A DNA stretch of 64,000 nucleotides, from the NCBI RefSeq assembly GCF_006345805.1, contig NC_042999.1:144460001-144524000 (forward strand), given 5' to 3'. This DNA comes from Octopus sinensis (taxonomy: Eukaryota). Shown piece by piece: positions 39,046 to 51,618 of the stretch. Every line of letters begins with the position of its first letter. Position 1 is the stretch's first letter. Position numbers and translations under genes: made by a program. The notes beneath the pieces are model-generated. The model worked only from the letters and a program-made list of their open reading frames with translations, searched no databases and had not been told where the DNA came from.

Positions 39046-39823
39046 CTGAAAAAAAATAATAATGTATAATAATGTTAGTGATGATAAGGCCGCAGATTTT
39101 TTTTGAGATATTATTATAACCAATGTAATTAATGTTAGAACATGACTATTTTCTTTACCTATACTCTACCGTTTCTACCATAAGATCCTGCAATTTTTGG
39201 TACAATACCTTCAATTTTTAGGAGAGAAGTTATTGTCACTTGAATCAGTATTCAAGCCAAATTGGTATTTATTTTATCACTCTTAAAATAATGAAAAGCT
39301 AAGTCTACTTAAGTAGAACTTAAAATATCTTAGACATAATTGCTGCCATTCCCCTAATAGTTTGCTGTACTTTATTTGACATTATATTTCAATTTGCTTT
39401 GTTGTTAATCAGCCCAAGGAGCCCAGGGATCAAAAGCATTCTAAATTTGACCATCCTATCTTTTGTTTTATTTTCAAACATAATGTATTAAGATGCAAAG
39501 ATGTCATTTGAGTGAACTTGACTGTTTCTAACAAGTTACTTAGCAATGGAGATAGTAGCTCCCTTGTTAGTATATGATTGGAGGGTGATCCAAATATCAT
39601 TTCTAGCAGTTCATGCAACCATGTTGAGATTCCTACTTAAGCACATGATTTGAGGGAAATTTGGCTCCTATTTTCTTTGTAGTTTCATATTGAGAAAATT
39701 TGTGTTCAGGCTTTAATAGCAGAGGAGGATTAGTCATAATCTGATTAATGCTTTCTCAAAATTCTTTTATTTTATTCTATAGATATTCTGACTAATTAAG
39801 GTAGAATACAATCTGTTACTTAC

Positions 39824-39858
39824 CTGTTATATCCACTTCTGCTTTTACCTCTTCTTGC
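39824..39858 (-). CDS. Uncharacterised acidic protein, exon f
   Basis: ttttctaacaatag|G CAA to ACA G|gtaagt, 35 nt, phase 2 to 1. QEEVKAEVDIT. Confidence 0.7.
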
Positions 39859-40685
39859 CTATTGTTAGAAAAGTGAACATTGTATGTGTGCATTTCATAT
39901 ATACAATTACAATTTCTCAAGTACTATAAATTAGATGTACATTATGACAATGGTCGTGTCAAATATACGAAAGTTTCATAAACAAAAATTATAAAAAGAC
40001 ATTACTAGTAATCCAATAGGTCTGGTTGGATAGGAATGTTTTGTTTATTAATATTAAAGATTCTCTTGAGTTTTTGATATCATATTTCAGCTTTTTCATG
40101 CAGCCTAGACAGATAACACTTTCCTCAATACATGTTCTGTTCTGAGTGTGGCCACCAACTGTACTTCCAACTTTTATGCTAGGTTTTTGTGTTTCCCTGA
40201 AATGATTCTGAGTACACCAATCATGATGGGTATACACTCAATATTGAAGGCTTATGAATATACTTCTTTTCAAATTATCATAATTTTTGTTGTTGTTGTT
40301 GTTGGTATTATTATTATCATTATTATTATTATTATTATTCCACTTGCCACACTGCATTTGTTGCTGATGGTGTAATAAGATGCCGGTTGTCCACACCCAG
40401 TGGACTGAAGTAACACCTTAATTGTCATACACTTTAATAAGTATTCTAGCAGTTCCCAGAAGTGTTGTTTTCTGTAAGTGCCCCTTCCTGATGGGGTCCC
40501 TGAGTTTTTAAAAATAGTTTTCAATTCTGATGTTCACAGTACCAAATGCTCCAACAACTGGGACTGCCTCAACCATTTCTATTACACACAAATGTTTTAT
40601 CTCCTATGCTAGTAGTTATTATTACTAACAATTAGAGGAACCCAATACAAAAACAGATGTTAAATGATGATGATGATATATATAT

Positions 40686-40850
40686 AGGCACAGGAGTGGC
40701 TGTGTGGTAAGTAGCTTGCTTATCAACCGCATGATTCTGGGTTCAGTCCCGCTGCGTGGCACCTTGTGCAGGTGTTTTGTACTATAGCCTCTGGCCGACC
40801 AAAACCTTGTGAGTGGACTGGTAGATGGAAACTGGAAGAAGCCCATTGTA

Positions 40851-40860
<10 letters not shown>
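40686..40860 (+). mobile_element. tRNA-derived SINE head A
   Basis: GGCACAGGAGTGGCTGTGTGGTAAG (A box), GGTTCAGTCCC (B box), GGTAGATGGAAACTGGAAGAAGCCC, then (TA)n. Confidence 0.85.
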
Positions 40861-40904
<44 letters not shown>

Positions 40905-40906
<2 letters not shown>

Positions 40907-41660
40907 CAAATCAAATCAAAAATCAAACAAAATCAAATAGATGAACATCAATGGAATTTGTGGTACCAGTGCCGGTGGCACACAAGAAAATCATCCGAAC
41001 GTGGCCGTAGCCAGTACCGCACCGACTGGCCTCCATGCTGTGGGCACGTAACAATCACCATCCAATCGTGGCCGATCGCCAGCCTAATCTGGCTCCTGTG
41101 TCGGTGGCACATAAAAACACCATCCGAGCGTGGCCGTTCGCCAGCCTCGTCTGGCACCTGTGTCGGTGGCACATAAAAACACCATCCGAGCATGGCCGTT
41201 CGCCAGCCTCGTCTGGCACCTGTGTCGGTGGCACATAAAAACACCATCCGAGCGTGGTCGTCTGCTAGCCTTGTCTGGCACCTGTGTCGGTGGCACATAA
41301 AAACACCATCCGAGCGTGGCCGTTCGCCAGCTTCGTCTGGCACCTGTGTCGGTGGCACATAAAAACACCATCCGAGCGTGGCCGTTCGCCAGCTTCGTCT
41401 GGCACCTGTGTCGGTGGCACATAAAAACACCATCCGAGCGTGGCCGTTCGCCAGCCTCGTCTGGCACCTGTGTCGGTGGCACATAAAATCACCCACTACA
41501 CTCTCGGAGTGGTTGGCGTTAGGAAGGGCATCCAGCTGTAGAAACACTGCCAGATCTGACTGGCCTGGTGCAGCCTTCGGGCTCCCCAGACCCCAGTTGA
41601 ACCGTCCAACCCATGCTAGCATGGAAAGCGGACGTTAAATGATGATGATGATGATGATGA
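40905..41660 (+). mobile_element. Young RTE-type 3' UTR element with expanded VNTR
   Basis: (ATCAA)n-like start, two divergent units, six full 62-bp units, conserved 3' end and (ATG)n tail. Source of the spurious ORFs at 40766-41749. Confidence 0.9.
41089..41488 (+). repeat. 62-bp tandem repeat, 6 full copies plus a partial
   Basis: Units start at 41089, 41151, 41213, 41275, 41337, 41399 and 41461. Unit: CTGGCACCTGTGTCGGTGGCACATAAAAACACCATCCGAGCGTGGCCGTTCGCCAGCCTCGT. Confidence 0.97.
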
Positions 41661-41710
41661 TATATATACACACACACACACATACATATATATATATACA
41701 CACACATACA

Positions 41711-42103
41711 TACTCTTTTACTCTTTTCAGTCATTTTGACTGCGGCCATGCTGGAGCACCGCCTTTAGTTGAGCAACTCGACTCCGGGACTTATTCTTTG
41801 TAAGCCCAGTACTTATTCTATCAGTCTCTTTTGCCGAACCGCTAAGTGACGGGGATATAGACACACCAAGCGATGCTAGGGGGACAAACACAGACACACA
41901 AACATACACACACACACATATATATATATATACATATATACGACGGGCTTCTTTCAGTTTCCGTCTACCAAATCCACTCACAAGGCTTTGGTCGGCCCGA
42001 GGCTATAGTAGAAGACACTTGCCCAAGATGCCACGCAGTGGGACTGAACCCCGAACCATGTGGTTGGTTAGCAAGCTACTTACCACACAGCCACTCCTGC
42101 GCC
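41711..42103 (-). mobile_element. Full-length tRNA-derived SINE (head A + microsatellite + body C, AAAAGAGT tail)
   Basis: Minus strand: GGCGCAGGAGTGGCTGTGTGG, GGTTCAGTCCC, (TA/TG)n, CAGTCAAAATGACTGAAAAGAGTAAAAGAGTA. CpG-rich, so probably young. Confidence 0.9.
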
Positions 42104-42114
42104 ATACATATATA

Positions 42115-42335
42115 TATATGTATGTTTGTGTGTCTATATTTGTTCCCCCAACATCACTTAACAACTGATGCTGGTGTGTTTGTGTCCTCATAACTTAGTA
42201 GTTCGGCAAAAGAGACCAATGGAATTAGTACTAGGCTTACAAAGAATAAATCCTGGGGTCAATTTGCTTGACTAAAGGCAGTGCTCCAGTGTGACTGCAG
42301 TCAAATGACTGAAACAAGTAAAAGAATAAAGAATA
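42115..42335 (+). mobile_element. SINE body C, inverted relative to 41711-41930
   Basis: TTCGGCAAAAGAGACC...CTAGGCTTACAAAGAATAA...CAGTCAAATGACTGAAACAAGTAAAAGAATAAAGAATA. Confidence 0.85.
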
Positions 42336-43373
42336 TCTATTTTTTTATGTAATGTAGCTAAATATGATGTGTTGAAACTGATACTGGCAGCTGTAAGATC
42401 TGAACATTTGACAGAATGGTCAATAGACCAGCACTTCAACCTCATAACCATTGTACTTCCTCGATATGTTAGCTACATAATTTAAATCTTTTCCAGTCAT
42501 TTAGCAGCTCTGGTAATTAAGTCAAATTCCAATATTCTACAAATAACAGCAGTTACAGAAATCCCTCCATTTACATTTATGCATATAATTGAAACTTTTC
42601 TAATGATTAAACTCACTTTAGGCAACAGACAATAGTGTGAGAAATTATTACATTTTTGTTTCAGATTTTTATATAAATATTGCAATTTCCATTTGATGTT
42701 GTCATTTGTTCCATATAAGTTACTTTAGATTACACTAGAAATACTTGTTTCAAACTAAAAGTTTCCAAAGAAACATAAAAAGATTCAGGTATGTAAATTA
42801 GCAGATAGAATGTGAAAATATAAGAGATATGCAAGCTGGAAAAGTGGACATTAATACAATGATAAAATACTGTTAAGCAGTGATTTGCATTTTGAAATCA
42901 CATTTCAGTTTAGATATCCAAGTGTAGCATTTCATGAAAGTCTGTAAACTCATTAATCTGCCTGAAATAGGATGCAACAACACTTCATTAATTTATTTGA
43001 TACAACAGGTATTTTGAGTTAGTTATTATTGTTGTTCATTAACCCCAGGTCAGTTTTGATGAGGTAGACTTATGTTCAAAGGTGTTCTAGCATCACCATC
43101 CTATCATTATTATTCACAGACATAGTCTAAGACCACATTATGCAGTATGAACTTCCTTCTTTGAGACAATAGAGCATGATTTGAGAGATATTTGGCTGTT
43201 ATTTTTAGCAGTTCTAGTAGCCATTTAGAGTTATTCTTTTAGCTTGGTTTTCATTAGTTGTTATTCATCAAGCTACCCTGGTGCAAAACATAATTTCTGT
43301 GATTATGTGCTATCATACAAAGATATTTGAAATTAATCAAAACACTTTGTATTTTATGACACTAACTCTTTAA

Positions 43374-43574
43374 TCCTTTCGTTACTGTGTTTATTTTGAG
43401 ATGTTCTGCGTTTCTTTCAATTACTTTAAATATAACAAAGAATTTAGTAAAATAACTTAGTTATCATTAAGTAAGTGTTAGGAACATAAATTGTGAAAGA
43501 TTTTAATTCAAAATTTTTGAAAACAAGACATTTGTACCACAGAGCCAGTTTCAGCCGTGTTGGTATCAACGGGG
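43374..43574. mobile_element. piggyBac-type MITE
   Basis: TTAA TSD at 43370-43373 and 43575-43578. Ends TCCTTTCGTTAC and GGTATCAACGGGG are degenerate CCCTTTCG-type TIRs. Confidence 0.7.
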
Positions 43575-43762
43575 TTAAATACATCATGGCAATTATGTTT
43601 TCAATTATAATACATGACTGGTATTTATTTTTTCCACCTTGTCAGCATTTAAACTTAAGGTTTTGAGTAACAGAATTAGTCTGGCACTACCCATTCCTAC
43701 CATATCATTTCCTTCACATGTGATATTATTTCTAAGAAATTTTGGTATGAAAATTAACTTAC

Positions 43763-43802
43763 TTGTTCTCTGCTTCATTTTCACTTTCTGTTGTTGATGA
43801 TT
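43763..43802 (-). CDS. Uncharacterised acidic protein, exon e
   Basis: Strong donor AAC AA|gtaagt. Acceptor ttatctttgtcaaag gives 40 nt, phase 1 to 2, (K)SSTTESENEAEN. A competing acceptor ttatcttctag would start the exon at 43840 (78 nt, different frame). Confidence 0.55.
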
Positions 43803-43967
43803 CTTTGACAAAGATAATTTTTCACTTTGTTCATCTGTATCTAGAAGATAATTTTCATAGTTTAGCATTCCACATTAAATATGTATTGATTTCTTTTGGA
43901 TTAGGGAGAGACAAGTAAGTTGATATGAAGCTCATACTTTTCCAAAATTATTTACTGCATAATTTAA

Positions 43968-44563
43968 TTGATAGAAGTGATGACAAGTGACCAAGACCTT
44001 TGGAGATATACTGTACTTGAGAAGACCCAGCAAGCCAAATGAGACCATAACCATGGCCTATGCCAGTGCAGCATAACCAGCTCATTTAAGAGCACTCTTA
44101 TATTGTTGGGCAATAAACTGTGATTGTGAAGACCTGTGAAGTCATTGTCGTGGCCGATAAAGGTACTGCCTGATTGGCACCCATACCGGTGGCACATAAA
44201 AAGCACCATTTGAGTGTGATCGTTGCCAGTACCACCTGACTGGCTCCTGTGCTGGTGGCACATAAAAAGCACCATTCAAGCATAGTTGATGCCAGTACCA
44301 GTTGACTGGTTCCATGCCGGCGGCATGTAAAAAGCACCATTCAAGCATGGTCAATGCCAGTACCGCCTGACTGGCCCTCATGCCAGTGGCATGTAAAAAG
44401 CACCCACTACACTCAGAGTGGGTGGCATTAGGAAGGGCATCCAGCTGTAGAAACTTTGCAAGATCAGATTGGAACCTGGCGCAGCCTTCTGGCTTGCTAG
44501 CCCTCAGTCAAACCATCCAATCCATGCCAGTATGGAAAACAGATGTTAAACAACGATGATGAT
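43968..44563 (+). mobile_element. 5'-truncated RTE LINE (ORF end + 3' UTR with 4 units)
   Basis: IEVMTSDQDLWRYTVLEKTQQAK* (RTE DRxxWR-type end) runs directly into the stem-loop units and (ATG)n tail, showing the units belong to the LINE 3' UTR. Confidence 0.85.
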
Positions 44564-45664
44564 GGTGGCGGCAGCAGCAATGATGACTGAATGAATGAAT
44601 GAATGAAATAAGGTTTCAACTACAATTCGAAACCTGATTACAGACTTGGTTTGATTGCAATTTTATTTTCAGTAGCAAACTAATAAATACATATATGACA
44701 ATGAGCTCTCCCATCGAAAACTATATATGAAAACTCAGTAGCAGTCACTTGTATGCAAAGCTTTGATTTGCTTGTTCCACTAACCTTCATCACTACAGGA
44801 TTTTAAGAACAGCATTGAAAGTGTTGATACTGACAACCTGCTCCAATAATGTATTTTAAATGGAGTAAATTTGTACAGAGTCTGCTCCTAATTGTTGAAA
44901 ACTCTCCTCCTAACTAACGTAAACTGAACTGCTGCACAATGTGCCATGTACCACACAAAAAGATGCATGTTAGGAAAAGGTAGGAATACTAATCAAAGTA
45001 GACTGATGTTGATCTTCTTCACCATTCACAGTCTACATCATATATGAAGTTCCCCCTTGCCTAAGTTTATCTAGTAATGCTAAACATACACCAAAGCAGA
45101 TTGCAAATGTAAACCAGAATACACAGAATAGCATACATAACTGCAATGTAATACATCAAAATTCATTGGTTAAGATTTTTGCACAGGTTTGCTAGCATAG
45201 AACATAATTGCAACTTTGAGATACTCTTCTGGAAAATTTCCAAAGTAATGCTCACCTTGCTAGTTGGCTGTTGATCCTATGCAAGGTCCATCTGTTCTTT
45301 AGACAGGACTTGTTTCTGTCCTGTTGGACTTCTGGTAACCCTTTTCACTAAGATCAGTTAGTTTTTGATGACCCAACCAAGTGACTGGTTGCATTAGATT
45401 ACATATTACTGATAGCACACTCACAAGCAAACTGACATTACACACCCACAACCCACACCACATATACCATATGTTTAATAAAGGTATACTTAATCTTGCA
45501 GCTTGGACTGAAGATTAAACTGACTAAATTTGTCCATTATTAAATACTAATCAAAGATCAGTTACCACTGCCTTTCAAACTGTCAAAGTTAAGAATCATA
45601 TAGCCACTTATAGATACTTGAACAAAATCATGACATGCATAAAAATGGGGTTTTGCCAACTTAC

Positions 45665-46214
45665 TGTGTGACATTCTTTTAGAATTGTATTCTTCCATTA
45701 TTTCTGAGACTAAACTGCTGGTATTTTTGTCCACTTCTAGTTCAATCAGATCTTCTGCATTGTCTTCTATGCTCACCTCCTCCTCACTTTTCTCTTCTTT
45801 CTTTTCTTCATTGTCATCATCGCTTTTATTGTCTTTGTCACTTTGGTGATCAACGTTATCTTCAACGGAGCTGGAGGTCTGATTGATATCTTCAGTTTGA
45901 TCATTGTGAGAACATGGGCCTTGTTTGAGGGATAAATCCTCACCAACATCCTCTGTCAACAAACTAACTACTTCATTACCAGTATCTACTCCTCCACTTT
46001 GCTCTTTATCATTTGCATCTTCAATACTGCTCTTGCTACTGTCGCTGCTACTACTGCTGCTTCTACTACATTTCTTGTTGTTCTTGTTTTTGACTTTATC
46101 TGTCAGAACAATTGGCACCAAATTGGTCTGTTGCTTCTTTTTGACTTCCTTGCTCTCTGTACTTTGTTCTGTGAAGTGAACAGTGTCTTTGCCTTCATGG
46201 GAAATGAACTCTAA
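45665..46214 (-). CDS. Uncharacterised acidic protein, exon d (large D/E/S/K-rich exon)
   Basis: Inside track ORF 45558-46316. Acceptor attttgcag|TTA GAG, donor CAC A|gtaagt, 550 nt, phase 0 to 1. Contains SSSSSSDSSKSS and DDDNEEKKEEKSEEE stretches. Confidence 0.85.
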
Positions 46215-48998
46215 CTGCAAAATAGAATTGAGAGGGAATTTGAAGATCTTAGCTGTCATAATGGTTATGGTGATGGTAGTGGAACATTGAGGAAGAAAAT
46301 GAATGGGGACAACCATTATAGAAATAGCATGTAGTCAAAGAGGTAGTGTTACCAACAATGATTGATGTTGTGTGGACAAAGTGTGACTTTAACAATGAAC
46401 TCTACTAAGAGACTGACAAAAGATTGAATGTTAGACAAACTTATACCCTTAATAAATTTGGATGAGTTCTTACATTTATATGACACCAGATCAATTCTGT
46501 AATCAAACATTTTTCTTTTTTACTTCTATGGGAATACAGAGTTCAGGCAATGTATGTTGGACTATATTTTCTTTATGGCCTGTGTAAAATTTGGCTATTA
46601 TTTCTAGCATGTCAAGCAATTACAGGACATTTTTGGTATTTATCTTAATGAATGAATCCAGTTTGAATGTTGAAGTCAACACCACTGGATTTGAAATTAA
46701 AATATAGTGGAGCATAATTAAATACCTTGCAGTATTTTGTTTGGCTGTCCTAAATATTTGCCAGTCTACCAGCTTAATGATAATAATAACAACAACAATA
46801 ATGGTTTCAAATTTTGGTACAGGCCAGCAGATTTTAGAGAAGATTATATCAACCCCAGTACTCAACTGGTACTTATTTTATCAATCCTGAAATGATGAAA
46901 GACAAAGTCAGCCTCAGCAGAATTGGAACTCAGAACATAAAACTTGAAACAATTATAATAATAATAATGGTTTCAAATTTTGGCAAAAGGCCAGAAATTT
47001 CATGAGAAGGGGCTGAGTCAATTATATCGACCCTAGTGATAAACTGAGGAACATAACTCCACTCAACAATGCTTCATCTTCAAAGATCTTACCCCACCCT
47101 GTTCAACACCACTACATTGGTCCTTGAGTGTCTTTAGCAGGATTCTTCCTGTTGTAAGCCTTCAAACCAGACCAATTTGTTCTCTCCCCACTCAAATTTT
47201 TCCTGCAGATATATAGCCCAGCCAAAGATCAGGCAATGCATCAATCTCACCAGTCTATGAAGACTTGCAATGGTTATGGACACTGTCCCTACCTACACTG
47301 ACTACCTTATATAAAAAAGTAAAAAGCCTATACAGTATTATAACATTTGAAATAACTGTAAGCACTTACATCATTGCTCTCTATTGTTGGAAGAACCTTT
47401 CTGGATATACGACTGGATTTTGCCCTGTTTCGAGGTGCTGGTGGTCTCCGGAACTGAAAAGAAAAAAATTTCAATTCACATGTTTTCTGATCTTCAAAAT
47501 CTCAATAGGAAATAACTCCCTGTAACAGGAGGTGTTGTTTTCTATCTCACTCAGGTTAAAAAAAGTGATTTTCTTTGTGTGTATGTGTGTGTGTGCACAT
47601 GTATGCATATGATCGTGTTTGAAATTTTTGGTACATTCTCTAAAATATGTGTGCGTGTGTGTGCATATGTTCATATAAGTGGCTCTTGAAGCAATCCTAT
47701 GTAGTGTTTCTGCATGTATATGCTTGCCTCACATATTTAAGTGTGCATGTATGTATATGTTTGCATATATGTGAGCATGCATGTCTTTATCAGTAGTAAA
47801 TAAATTGCCACACCTCCCTTATCAGACCAGTTATAGTGAATCAATATATAGAACATTGTTTCAGATCCAGTCAATAACTTGTGAAAAATGTATCAGTGAA
47901 CATGATGAAAAAAAATCATTCTAATATTATCATCATCACATGAGATGGGTCTTTTGCTGACGTGGACTGTACAATACAACATCTCTCCATACTGAACCAG
48001 CTTGTTTGAGGTTGATTATTTTCATGTTTGATCTAATTAAATATTTTTGATACTTCTTTATCTACCTCTAATATAGATGCCTTATATTAGATGTCTGCAT
48101 TAACCTAGCATATATTGCCCAAAAATAGATGATGCTCTGTCCTGGTTGTTTTCTCAATTCACTTATGCTTGTTTAAGTTAGCATTTCATATTCAGTGATC
48201 TTTTATTTAACTTTTTCATTACTGATACCTACAAATTTTCTGCATTCACTGATTATGCTTTGATTGCTATAGAAAATGTCATATTTTTTAGACATCGTGT
48301 AATTTCTTCCTTCTTTTTATGCAGCAAAAAACTCATCATGGCCAACACAAGAAGTAGATTTAAAATCTTTTCCAACCAATTTCATGCACTATGATGTTAC
48401 TCACTACAGTGTATGCTGCATCACTAGGATAGTTAGATTTATCTGCCACTTTCTTCAAGCCATATGAGCAGTCTGAAATCTACGAGTTTATGATTACTAA
48501 AGGTTAATATTTACTTAAATACACTAGATGACCCCAGATTTCTGGTATTTTAGCTTAATATTGATTTCTATTGCATACTGAAAGAAATCTCTCTGTTAAC
48601 AAGTACTGTAGTCTGAGTTACATATTTTCTTTTAACTCATTTGGCACTAACCCTCTGAGACTACCTCTTGTAATATGATATAAAGCCTTCTGCTTTAAAG
48701 CATTCACTTTTAAATTAAAACCTTCCAATATAATTTTTATGAAAGAACATAAGCTTATACCAATAAATGAAAATGCTAATAATGTTACTAAATCTCTCCA
48801 AAGTTTTGATGTATTTCATTAGCAGTATGTTTACAACTTTGTGATTCACGCTTTTAAGATTTAAGCAGTTACAGTTCTCAGTGGATTCTGCAATAAGAAT
48901 CACATCCTTGTGATAAGAATTTTCAAGATCTTGGAGCCTATGAGCAGAACAAAGCAAAGCACAAAACTGCTAATTTTAAGTGAAAAAGAAAGAATTAC

Positions 48999-49068
48999 CG
49001 ATTTTAAAATTTCTGATTCCCTCTGTATTAATCCAAAGTCATCTTCAATATTCTCATTTTTATTTTTG
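48999..49068 (-). CDS. Uncharacterised acidic protein, exon c
   Basis: ttgcatttcag|C AAA to TCG|gtaatt, 70 nt, phase 2 to 0. KNKNENIEDDFGLIQRESEILKS. Bridges the phases of exons b and d exactly. Confidence 0.75.
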
Positions 49069-49885
49069 CTGAAATGCAAGAAATGCTCTCATCAGTTTTC
49101 TATAAAATCTAGAACCGTGAATCCAATATGAAGCTTTGATTTTTTTTTTTTTTTTTTTTTTTACATAGCTGCATCATAATAAAGTATATTTATGCCTAAA
49201 ACAGGCTTAAATTTATTATCTTTACATATAGAGTTAAAAATAAAATTTTAAAAATTGTAATAGTTTATATTTAATCAGAAAATATAATTCTCCATGAGTT
49301 GTGGGGTTCTTTCTGTCAAAGACAGTATTGTTTCTATTTGTTTCTAGCAAACAGTATGCATAAATCATGTTTTTGCCTCTAGCTTACTAATTTGTAATTA
49401 TATCTAGCTAAGTCACAAGGAAATGATCCAGCCAACCAAAATATCACCAACTGCTAACATTACAAAGTGTTTCTAACAAAAAAAAATGATTCAGTATATC
49501 TGTGCATATTAGGCACCGTGCAGAAATACAGTTCATCATTGTAGATTGTATTTAGTTGTTTTTTTAAATGTCTTAAAAGCTAAGGTAAACTAACTTGATG
49601 TGGAACCTTTCAGTAAATATAAAAACTGCTTCTAGCAAATGCATGTGTCCAGAAATCATAAGTGGGGGATATAGAGGATTAAATGGAACTACAGGCTTTA
49701 CTAGGTTGTTTTGTGGGGCTTTTTTTAATCCAAAACAAGAAAGATAGATGGCAAAATCTATCTGACTGGATTTAAACTCAGAAAGTATAAAAAGACATAA
49801 ATAAATAATAAACACCACATGGTATTTAATCTTTTGTTCTACCAGAGCAAGTGCACAGAAAAAGTAGAAAATGTGAGGTACTTAC

Positions 49886-49971
49886 TCTACAGAATGTTTT
49901 ATAGAACCTTTCCCTCCTTTTTGCTTCTGATCCTTGTCTGAAGCATCGCCATGTTTTCGTAAAACTTGACC
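49886..49971 (-). CDS. Uncharacterised acidic protein, exon b
   Basis: tttgtttcag|GGT to GTA GA|gtaagt, 86 nt, phase 0 to 2. GQVLRKHGDASDKDQKQKGGKGSIKHSV. Confidence 0.78.
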
Positions 49972-50639
49972 CTGAAACAAAGCTTAGTGTTTATAGCATT
50001 CCATATCATAAATAATTATTAAAACTAAAAGTTAACACATTGTAGAGCTATTGTTAAAACAATTACATGGTGTACTAGGTAGCAAATAATGATGTTGGTT
50101 GTTTAGTCTTAGGCTTGCCCTGAAGAAACCAACCTGTGATCAAAGGCATTCCAATTGTGATCATCCCACATTTTTTCCAGGTTACATTACCCAAGGGGTT
50201 TTTTTTCTTCTTAATTTGTATACTTAAAAAAATATAGAGAACTGATGGAAATAACTCAAATGAGCCAATGAGATGAATTTGGGTAAATAAGGAAGTGATA
50301 TACTAATCATCATTGTTCCATTTAATGTCCATTATTTTGAGCTTGCAATGGCTGGACAGAATTTGTTGAAACAGATTTTCTACACCCAGATGCCTTCCTG
50401 TCACCAGCTCTTACCTGTTTGCAAGTAAGATAATATTCCCTATGACTAGACATGTTTTCAAGGAAGATTGGAAACAAAGGACACTGTATGATAATGGCAT
50501 TCATTTATGGCTATCACATGAAGTCAAAGCAATGAGACAGTAACACATACAAACTGAAAGAAGCCTGTTGTGTGTGTAAATGCTAGACACCAAAAATTTG
50601 TAAATGTAACTACCCACTTAGCTGACAATAAGTTTTAGT

Positions 50640-50698
50640 GTTGTTGTTGTTGCTGCTGCTGCTGCAGCAGCAGCAGTAGCAGTAGTAGTAGTAGTAGT
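50640..50698. repeat. Compound trinucleotide microsatellite
   Basis: (GTT)4(GCT)4(GCA)4 GTA GCA (GTA)5. Confidence 0.95.
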
Positions 50699-51618
50699 CA
50701 AGGGTGTTAAGGGAAGCTCTTACACAGCATTGCACTGTAAAATAGTCGTCCCTTTAACTTTGGCTTTACAATTAGAATAAAGATGTTCCAGCCATTAGAT
50801 AATGCTGCCGACAATTGTGAACTGTGAAAGGTTTACCTTAATGATGGCATTTAACAGTGAGGGTAGTTAGATGTACTAGAAATTGTTACACATTTACCAG
50901 CAGCTACAGAATATGAAAGACTTAACTCATGGTCAACTGCCACTTGCTTTACAATTAGAACAATTACACTTAATTGCTCTAATTAGCTAATTCTGTCAGA
51001 AGTTGTGAACTTTTTAAAGGATTAATTTACTGAAAACAGAGGTAGTTAATATCTACAGAGTAGCCATTACACAATGTTACCTACAAAATTGATAAATTGT
51101 CACAAGAAAGTCACTTGACCTATGATAAATAACAACCAAATCTCTTATATTACTCATTTCCTTCCTTTTACCTTTACCTCCTGGTAAAAAGGAATGACAC
51201 ATGGTATAATTATATATTCCTAGACATGATAACATCAGGAATCCTATGCAACTGGCAATGGCTGCAATCCACAACCTAGTGAGAACACTTATCTACTTCA
51301 CTCTAAGACAAAGAACTAAATCATTAGGCTTTTTACTCCTCATAGCAACTAAACTTACTGAATTTTTCTAGGAACGTTTCTATAGTCCTAGATATACTAG
51401 CTCGGGTTGGGAGAAAACAATGGTTGTGGCTGAACACATTTGGTCTAGAGATAAACATTAACACATGGACAAATAATTCACTGTTACAATTGATACATAT
51501 AGTGGTAACCATTAAACAACACTGCTAGCAGTTTCAGTCTTGATAGAGTTAACTCATTAAACACTGGATAGTCAGGTTAGCAGAGGCTGATTAGTGGTAA
51601 CTAAGATGGGCCCTTCTT

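Noticed and set aside
41089-41488. CRISPR-like array
   Set aside because: Head-to-tail identical units with no unique spacers, no cas genes, and a eukaryotic LINE context.
40766-41749. Long overlapping ORFs (up to 224 aa) on both strands, also at 28.9-29.5, 17.4-17.9, 36.4-36.7 and 44.0-44.4 kb
   Set aside because: Translations of the GC-rich tandem units, which lack stops by chance.
45250-45350. Extra minus-gene exon ending at a strong AAG|GTGAGC donor
   Set aside because: No acceptor with a pyrimidine tract in a compatible open frame, and not needed for the exon chain.
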